Origin: Candidatus Omnitrophota bacterium
Lineage (GTDB): Bacteria; Omnitrophota; Gorgyraeia; Zapsychrales; Aceulaceae
DNA length: 64,000 nucleotides
Direction of reading: 5' to 3'
NCBI GenBank assembly: GCA_029564765.1
Contig: JAKQPK010000023.1
Location: forward strand, 163,640-227,639
The notes below the pieces were generated by a model that saw nothing but the letters and a program-made list of their open reading frames with translations, was not told the DNA's origin and searched no databases. Below, piece by piece: positions 57,533-64,000 of this stretch. Position 1 is the first letter of the stretch. Every line of letters starts with the position of its first letter. Both the position numbers and the translations under genes were made by a program.

Positions 57533-59074
57533 TTAAAAGCCAAGCAGCGTCATGCCGCCCTTTAAAAACTTATCTTTCTTAATTGAATCAGCGTTTCCGA
57601 TAATACGAACAGCCTGGGCTCCAGCCAACTGTCCCATAAATGTCGAAATATCGATCGGTAAACCCTTAATCGCAGCCAAAGAAGCCACAGAGCAAAAGGC
57701 ATCGCCTGCGCCAACAGTATCAACCACAGATTGCTCAAAAGGCATGCAAAGGCATTCGCCTTCGGAAGTCTTTAGACCGATAGTATCTGTTGCGCCCCGA
57801 GTAAGCCAGGCGTAGCGCGCGGACAACTTGCTCTTTAACTTCTTTAACTCTTCAGAAAGATTAATATTCTTGCGACCACACGCCAAAGTAAGCTCTGACT
57901 CGTCTAGTGAGAATGAATCAGCCCGATGATATTGTCTATCGATGATATTAAACCCGTGATTATAGCTGTTTGTCTGGCAATTCAATGCTAGAAAGCGCGC
58001 CTTGGATTGAACAAGTTCGCGAATCTTATGTTGCATTAACCCGTGGCCGAAATCCATAACAACAACTAGATCGTAATCTTTAATGCATTTCTCGATCAAG
58101 TCATAAACCAGATCATGGGTCCTTTGGCTTAACATTTGCTCTTCGATCACATTGATAGAAAATAACTTCGTAAGTTCTTTGCCGTCAGAGAGCGGCTCGA
58201 CAAAACGCTGCTTGATGATCGTGGTAAAATCAGGACTGCGGATAATCCCGTCTTCATCGGGGCTAATATATTTTGCAAGCTCTTCATCTACCCAAGGTTC
58301 GTCGCCCACCAAGCTAATGAGCTTGATATTTGATGTAAACTGCTGAATGTGCCGAAAAACCGCTAAAGCCCCTCCAGCCTGCGTTTGTTCAGACAAAAAC
58401 CTTGTGGAAATAATGCGGTTCTTTGAGGTGAGCCCCTGAACCTTCACCGACGAATATCGATCAAAAATGATGTCTCCAACAACAAGGACTTTAAGGTCTT
58501 TAAAACCATCAACGATCTCTCGAAATTGATCTGGCGTATATTTTTCGGCAAGCTTCTTGCAGAACTCCTTCATCTGCGGCGGATGAACATCAAAATGGTT
58601 GTTGAGCAATTTTGTTGAGCTAAAAACAACAGACCCCACGTAACGCACTTGGCCGCCTAACTTTTCTACAGTACGAATATCATCATAAATATTGCCCGTA
58701 ACATCCACGTTAGGATTTTCATACTCCTTGCCTTTGCAATAAATGTCCGGCCCAACACATTCAATGGCCTCGCACGCGGCGGGAAAAGGAACCACAACGA
58801 CATAATCAACATACTCAAGCGAGCACAAATACTTGACCCTTAATTCATCATTAAAATATGGCCGGCCGGGGCCTTTGTTAACATATTTTTCTGCTGTGAT
58901 CGTCAACACCAGAATATCTCCTAAGGCCTTGGCTTCTTCAAAATGGATAATGTGGCCGGGATGCAAAAGATCAAAGGTACCATGGCACTGAACAATCCTT
59001 TTTCCCTTGCTTCTTAGCTTTGCAAAAAAATCTTTTGCGCCTTCGAAAGAAACATGTTTTTTAGAAACAAACAT
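57533..59074 (-). CDS. Bifunctional nucleotidyltransferase-PfkB sugar kinase (HldE-like, reversed domain order)
   Basis: N-terminal HGTFDLLHPGH; C-terminal VVGDIIFD...DTVGAGDAF. Confidence 0.88.
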   Translation of the reverse strand: MFVSKKHVSFEGAKDFFAKLRSKGKRIVQCHGTFDLLHPGHIIHFEEAKALGDILVLTITAEKYVNKGPGRPYFNDELRVKYLCSLEYVDYVVVVPFPAACEAIECVGPDIYCKGKEYENPNVDVTGNIYDDIRTVEKLGGQVRYVGSVVFSSTKLLNNHFDVHPPQMKEFCKKLAEKYTPDQFREIVDGFKDLKVLVVGDIIFDRYSSVKVQGLTSKNRIISTRFLSEQTQAGGALAVFRHIQQFTSNIKLISLVGDEPWVDEELAKYISPDEDGIIRSPDFTTIIKQRFVEPLSDGKELTKLFSINVIEEQMLSQRTHDLVYDLIEKCIKDYDLVVVMDFGHGLMQHKIRELVQSKARFLALNCQTNSYNHGFNIIDRQYHRADSFSLDESELTLACGRKNINLSEELKKLKSKLSARYAWLTRGATDTIGLKTSEGECLCMPFEQSVVDTVGAGDAFCSVASLAAIKGLPIDISTFMGQLAGAQAVRIIGNADSIKKDKFLKGGMTLLGF

Positions 59075-59113
59075 TTTTACTCCTTTTAAAAATTTCTGCC
59101 CGTAAACATTTCG

Positions 59114-60109
59114 CTATGGCTTGTGGATATAGTCCATTGGCTGTTTCTTAAGCTCATCGATGTTGTCCTGAGCCCACTGAACGGTCTCGCGAATACCTTC
59201 CTCCAGCTTAATGTGATCCTTCCAGCCCAGCTCCCCACGCAACTTACTACTATCTAATAGATAAGCGGCGTCTTTGCCAGGGCGGTCGTCAACGACCTCA
59301 ACGGCCTCAGAAAGATCTTTGTTCATCATGTCGCAGATCAGCCTTACTGCATCCTTGATCGCGATGTGTCTATCTGTGGCGATATGATATGTCTGGCCAT
59401 TCTGCCCTTGGCGCATGATCTTCAATGTTGCTTCTGAGACATCACGAATATGAATAAATGAACGAACCGAATGGCCTCCCCCATGCAACTGCAGCTTTCT
59501 GCCAAGCATCAAAAAAAGGATCGTCCTTGGAATAATGCGGTATAGCTGTTGTCCAGGGCCATACACATTAGCCGCGCGTGTAAAGACAACCGGGAACTGA
59601 TATTGCCTGAATAAGACCCTCAAATGAAAATCACCCGCGGCCCTTGAAACCGCATAAGGTGTGCTTGGATTAAAAAAGTGATCCTCGGTCACGTCTCCTG
59701 CGCAGCTGCCATACACTTCCGGTGTTGAAACATGAACGTATCTTTTTAGAAAACGAAAATGCCTTATTCTCTCACAAAACATTGCGATCCCCAAAATGTT
59801 GGTTCGGTACCAATGCTCCGGATGCTCCCAGCTTTGAGCGACCATCGACTGTGAAGCAAAATTGACAAGATAGTCCGGCTGGAACTTCTCGATCGTATCC
59901 GCCATCCGATCAAGGTCATGATTGATATCACCACGATCAAATCGAAAAGTGCTGGACTTTCTCATATTCCACTTGTATGGCAGAAAAACATCAGCCGGCT
60001 CGTCGGATCGACTTATACCAAGAACATCTAATCCCTCGTCAAGGCACTGAGCAGCAAAGCTTGCTCCAGAAAAAGAATTACTTCCTAAAATAACTATCTT
60101 TTCAGCCAT
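59114..60109 (-). CDS. NDP-sugar 4,6-dehydratase-like SDR
   Basis: GSNSFSG, STPEVYG, PSTPYAVSR, NVYGPGQ, RPGKD. Confidence 0.88.
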   Translation of the reverse strand: MAEKIVILGSNSFSGASFAAQCLDEGLDVLGISRSDEPADVFLPYKWNMRKSSTFRFDRGDINHDLDRMADTIEKFQPDYLVNFASQSMVAQSWEHPEHWYRTNILGIAMFCERIRHFRFLKRYVHVSTPEVYGSCAGDVTEDHFFNPSTPYAVSRAAGDFHLRVLFRQYQFPVVFTRAANVYGPGQQLYRIIPRTILFLMLGRKLQLHGGGHSVRSFIHIRDVSEATLKIMRQGQNGQTYHIATDRHIAIKDAVRLICDMMNKDLSEAVEVVDDRPGKDAAYLLDSSKLRGELGWKDHIKLEEGIRETVQWAQDNIDELKKQPMDYIHKP

Positions 60110-60116
60110 TTTTCAC

Positions 60117-60695
60117 TCAATGGGTTAGCGTAGTGACAACTGTATCCAAAAGGCAATGACATATCGAATGGTGCAAAACTTCAACAATACCAAAAGACGA
60201 AAAAGGTACATAAAAATTTACATCGCCCAAGGAGCAAAGAGGATTGCTCTTTTTAAATCCGGACAACGTGATCACGCGGCATCCTTTCATGATGCCCATC
60301 TGAACAGCTTTTAAAATATTTTTTGACTGTCCAGAGCTGCTGATCGCCACAATAATATCTCCGCGATTCGCGAACATCTCAATAGGTTTTTCAAATACAT
60401 GCTCATAACCAAAATCATTGGAAATGCATGTCAAAAGCGCGGCGTCGTTTAAAGCCATCGCCCTTACTTTGCCGTTCTTCCAGAAATCCGTTGCCATGTG
60501 GCTCGCGATTGAAGCGCTCGCGCCATTTCCTATAAAGATCATTTTTCTGCCATTCTTTCTGCAGACACAGATCAGGCGGACAGATCGTTCAAGGCCTTGC
60601 TGTAAGCTTAAATATCTTCCCTGAGAGTCTTTGGCTGACATCTTTTCTGTCAAGGCCCTTAAGGTCTCGTAATAGGAATTAATTTTATTTTCCAT
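60117..60695 (-). CDS. SIS-domain phosphosugar isomerase (GmhA-like)
   Basis: IGNGASASIASH, SNDFGY, ISSSGQSKN. Confidence 0.88.
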   Translation of the reverse strand: MENKINSYYETLRALTEKMSAKDSQGRYLSLQQGLERSVRLICVCRKNGRKMIFIGNGASASIASHMATDFWKNGKVRAMALNDAALLTCISNDFGYEHVFEKPIEMFANRGDIIVAISSSGQSKNILKAVQMGIMKGCRVITLSGFKKSNPLCSLGDVNFYVPFSSFGIVEVLHHSICHCLLDTVVTTLTH

Positions 60696-60733
60696 GTCTT
60701 CTCGCTACTTTTGTTTAAGGCTAGTCTAGGCTT

Positions 60734-61960
60734 TTATTTCTTGATAACTACACCGGGAATCAAAGTAACAAACTTTCCTCCCCATTTACGGATAAAAGAC
60801 ATCTGCTCCATAACTTCTTCTTTGATGTTCCAAGGCAAAATTATAACATAATCTGGTTTAGTTTTGCGGATTCGCTCAGGCTTATCAATAAAAATATGCG
60901 TTCCTGGCAAATAATGGCCTTGCTTATGCGGGCTTCGGTCTACCGTATAATCAATGAAATCATTTCGAACTCCACAATAATTAAGCAAGGTATTACCTTT
61001 TGCCGGAGCACCATAGCCGACGACAACCTTTTTTTCTCTCTTAGCTTTAATAAGAAAATCAAGAATGTCTCGTTTCGCCGCTTTTACCTTCTGTTTAAAA
61101 TCAAGATAAAGATCTAAACAAGCATATCCTGCATCGACTTCTTCTTTCTTTAATTCTGAAACACGGGATGATATCTTTTTTTTCTTATTGTCGCGATGCT
61201 TAGCGTAAATTCGCAATGAGCCGCCGTGCGTGGGTAGCTCTTCTACATCAAAAATACTCAGCCCATGAGCCTCGAAGATTTTTGTAACAGTAATAAAAGA
61301 AAAATAAGAAAAATGTTCATGGTATATCGTGTCAAATTGATTTCCCTCGACTAATCGGACCAAATGAGGAAACTCCATCGTGATAATGCCGTCTGGCTTC
61401 AAAAGAATCTTCAGTCCTTCCACGAAATCATTAAGATCAGGAACATGCGCTAATACATTATTTCCGAGTAAAAGGTCTGCAGACTTACCTTCTGCCAATA
61501 AGCGCTTTGCCGTTTCTACCCCAAAAAATGTACTTTCGGTGGGAATTCCTTTTTGCCGTGCAACTTTTGCCACATTACGTGCAGGCTCAACGCCTAGGAC
61601 AGGAACTCCTTTTTTTACGAAATACTGAAGAAGATATCCGTCATTGCTTGCAATTTCGATAACTTGGGATGATTTGTTAATGCCAAAAAGCTTAGCCATC
61701 TTATCAACATATTCTTCAGAGTGCTTTAGCCAAGTGTCAGAATAGGAAGAAAAATAAGCATAATCGCTAAAGATGTTGTCAGGACTTTCAAATTGCTGCA
61801 GCTGAACCAGGAAGCATCTTTCACAAACAAATACATCCAAAGGATAGAAATTTTCCTTATTGCACAATTGCTCTTTGCGCAAATATACATTAGAAAAAGG
61901 CGATGAGCCCAAAGAAACAAAAAGATGACTAAGCTCTGTATTGCAAAATCTACATTTCAC
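60734..61960 (-). CDS. NDP-hexose C3-methyltransferase-like protein
   Basis: CRFC...CERC zinc ribbon, EIASNDG, FDTIYHEH, THGGSLR, YGAPAKG. Confidence 0.9.
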   Translation of the reverse strand: MKCRFCNTELSHLFVSLGSSPFSNVYLRKEQLCNKENFYPLDVFVCERCFLVQLQQFESPDNIFSDYAYFSSYSDTWLKHSEEYVDKMAKLFGINKSSQVIEIASNDGYLLQYFVKKGVPVLGVEPARNVAKVARQKGIPTESTFFGVETAKRLLAEGKSADLLLGNNVLAHVPDLNDFVEGLKILLKPDGIITMEFPHLVRLVEGNQFDTIYHEHFSYFSFITVTKIFEAHGLSIFDVEELPTHGGSLRIYAKHRDNKKKKISSRVSELKKEEVDAGYACLDLYLDFKQKVKAAKRDILDFLIKAKREKKVVVGYGAPAKGNTLLNYCGVRNDFIDYTVDRSPHKQGHYLPGTHIFIDKPERIRKTKPDYVIILPWNIKEEVMEQMSFIRKWGGKFVTLIPGVVIKK

Positions 61961-62946
61961 TTTTGTCCGTCCCGCTCCCGTATATTACATCTCATCCACA
62001 TAACTGTTTGACGCAATCCCTTTTCAATCCTATATTGTACCCGCCAACCCAAAACCTTTCTTGCCTTATGTGATGCCAGATACTGATGCTTTATTTCATA
62101 TTTTGCCTGATCTAAAATCTTGTAGTCAATCTGTTTTTCTAAAATCCTGCTTACACTGTTAACGAGATCCAAAACGGTGATAGGATTTTCATCGCTGAAA
62201 TTAAATGCTTCTCCACCTAAATCTAATTTCTTTAACTTCTCAGCTAACAGAATATAACCATTGGCAATATCATCAACATACACATAATCTCGGGTGAACT
62301 TTCCATCGCTGCGGATCAAAAGTGTTTTACCAGTAAGCGCACACTTAATCGCATCTGGAATTATACGAGATAAGTTGAAATCACCAGGTCCGAAAATATT
62401 GCCGCAACGAGTAATCGCAACAGGTAAATCATATGTATGAGCATAAGTATAAGCAATGAGATCAGCACAGCTTTTAGAAACATCGTAAGGATGGTTTGCC
62501 ATAAGGGGCATATCTTCTTGATAAGGAAGCTTTTTATGACACCCATAAGCTTTATCGCTTGAAGCAACTACGAGTGCCTCTATTTTTCCATATTGTCGCG
62601 CCGCTTCTAAAACTGTCCATGTCCCCTTGATATTTGATTCAAATGCCCTAAGAGGTTTTTGCTGGCTTGCGCCAACAATGGCTTCAGCGGCTAAATGAAA
62701 AATAACATCGATTGAATGTTTTTGTAGGATTTTCCTAACAAGAGCATAGTTTGCGACATTTCCTTTATAAACTTTCATTCTTTTGTAATCCGAAGACAAA
62801 AGGATCGTTGTCTTGCGATAAGTTTTGATATCAAGACCGACAACTTCTGCCTTTGTTGTCAAAAGCATTTTAGTCAAATGGGAGCCTAAAAAACCTTCAA
62901 AGCCTGTAATTAATACTTTCTTATTTTTCCAAAAATTCTTATTCAT
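61957..62946 (-). CDS. CDP-glucose 4,6-dehydratase-like protein
   Basis: FWKNKKVLITG, HLAAEAIV, SSDKAYG, PYDVSK, NIFGPGD; follows rfbF; start moved to ATG 62946. Confidence 0.85.
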   Translation of the reverse strand: MNKNFWKNKKVLITGFEGFLGSHLTKMLLTTKAEVVGLDIKTYRKTTILLSSDYKRMKVYKGNVANYALVRKILQKHSIDVIFHLAAEAIVGASQQKPLRAFESNIKGTWTVLEAARQYGKIEALVVASSDKAYGCHKKLPYQEDMPLMANHPYDVSKSCADLIAYTYAHTYDLPVAITRCGNIFGPGDFNLSRIIPDAIKCALTGKTLLIRSDGKFTRDYVYVDDIANGYILLAEKLKKLDLGGEAFNFSDENPITVLDLVNSVSRILEKQIDYKILDQAKYEIKHQYLASHKARKVLGWRVQYRIEKGLRQTVMWMRCNIRERDGQK

Positions 62947-62960
62947 AAAATTATTTATAT

Positions 62961-63731
62961 TTACCAAACTTTCCAAGGTGCGTTATTTGCATCCCACATT
63001 TGCTCCAGCTCAATCTTATCCCTTAGTGTATCCATGCACCTCCAGAAACCTTTATGCTTATAAGCATTTAGCTGCTTTTCTTTTGCAAGGTTTTCCAAGG
63101 GTTCTTTTTCCCAAACGGTCGAATCATCTTTCAAGTATTCAAATATTTCTGGTTTGAGAGTAAAGAAGCCACCGCTGATCCAAAGCTTGTCACCTTTAGG
63201 TTTTTCAAGAAACGACCCAACTTCATCGAATTCTGTGACATCAAGAGCGCCAAATCGGCCAGCCTGCTGCACTGCAGTCGTTGTTGCAAGCTTACCACTC
63301 TTCTCATGGAACTCTAAAGATTCCTTGATATTGATATCACCTATGCCATCTCCATAGGTAAGCATGAAAAGCTCATCGCCAATATATTTTCTGATCCGCC
63401 TGATGCGACCGCCTGTTTCCGTATTTAATCCGGTATCGATAAGGGTAACCTTCCAGGGCTCGGCTTTTGAGCCCAACACTTCCATTTTATTTTTTTCTAA
63501 ATCAAGGGTAATGTCTGCAGAATGAAGAAAATAATTCGCAAAATACTCTTTAATCACATAACCCTTGTATCCTAAACAGATTATAAAATCATTGAAGCCA
63601 TAGTAAGAATAGATCTTCATGATATGCCAAATGATAGGTTTCCCGCCAATTTCTACCATTGGTTTTGGGATACTCGTCGTTTCTTCGGTAATTCGTGTTC
63701 CTCTGCCGCCAGCTAAAATGACTACTTTCAT
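62961..63731 (-). CDS. rfbF: Glucose-1-phosphate cytidylyltransferase
   Basis: LAGGRGTRI, PKPMVEIGG, TGGRI, TYGDG, MDTLRD, APWKVW. Confidence 0.95.
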   Translation of the reverse strand: MKVVILAGGRGTRITEETTSIPKPMVEIGGKPIIWHIMKIYSYYGFNDFIICLGYKGYVIKEYFANYFLHSADITLDLEKNKMEVLGSKAEPWKVTLIDTGLNTETGGRIRRIRKYIGDELFMLTYGDGIGDINIKESLEFHEKSGKLATTTAVQQAGRFGALDVTEFDEVGSFLEKPKGDKLWISGGFFTLKPEIFEYLKDDSTVWEKEPLENLAKEKQLNAYKHKGFWRCMDTLRDKIELEQMWDANNAPWKVW

Positions 63732-63762
63732 GAGCCCCTCCCGCCGTCCTTAACTCAAATAT

Positions 63763-64000
63763 TCATCTTAATTTTATGTTCTTTAACCAGCTTTTATTAT
63801 TAACATACCAAGCAACCGTACGATTGATCCCCTCATCCAGACTGACTTTTGGTGTCCAGCCAAGGGTTTTCCGAGCAACGCCGATATCCGCCCAAGTGGC
63901 TTTGATATCAGCGATATGAAACGGCTTATAAATAAATTTCGCTTTCTTCCCAAGGTTCTTTTCAATAAGACGGATCATGTAGTTTAATTGATACGGGTCA
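63763..64000 (-). CDS. C-terminal part of an NAD-dependent epimerase (5' end outside window)
   Basis: ADIKATWADI...LGWTPKVSLDEGI...WY typical extended-SDR tail. Confidence 0.8.
   Translation of the reverse strand, partial: DPYQLNYMIRLIEKNLGKKAKFIYKPFHIADIKATWADIGVARKTLGWTPKVSLDEGINRTVAWYVNNKSWLKNIKLR

Noticed and set aside
1275-63965. Numerous short antisense or overlapping ORFs in the track
   Set aside because: Shadows of well-supported genes, with no recognisable motifs.

Overview
A 64-kb bacterial chromosomal segment from a diderm, probably anaerobic organism. The gene content is reminiscent of PVC-superphylum/Candidatus Omnitrophota genomes, which is an inference only. Almost everything is on the minus strand. 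Left to right: (1) a type IV pilus/T2SS-like cluster (a large prepilin-adhesin running off the window edge, secretin, PilP-like, PilO-like, a PilM-PilN fusion, pilin, PilC, MshEN-PilB, PilZ). It is apparently co-transcribed behind a small Xis/BldC-like HTH gene, a stand-alone acyl carrier protein and an SMC ATPase that lacks a canonical hinge. (2) A very AT-rich divergent control region with phased TTACAT repeats and a structured leader. (3) An acyl-CoA dehydrogenase-EtfB-ferredoxin/EtfA operon. (4) glgC, a membrane/TPR protein, a peptide ABC transporter, secG, tpiA and pgk. (5) A ~35-kb mosaic surface-polysaccharide locus: two O-antigen-ligase paralogues, PglF/CapD, initiating transferase, glycosyltransferases, Wzx/Wzy, and CDP-sugar and branched/higher-carbon sugar enzymes. 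A DUF1016-N/thermonuclease fusion gene bracketed by 7-bp tandem-repeat arrays is inserted in this locus. The best candidates for undescribed biology are the HTH-ACP-minimal-hinge SMC module and the heptamer-array-flanked nuclease cassette. No rRNA, tRNA, CRISPR or intact transposase was seen.
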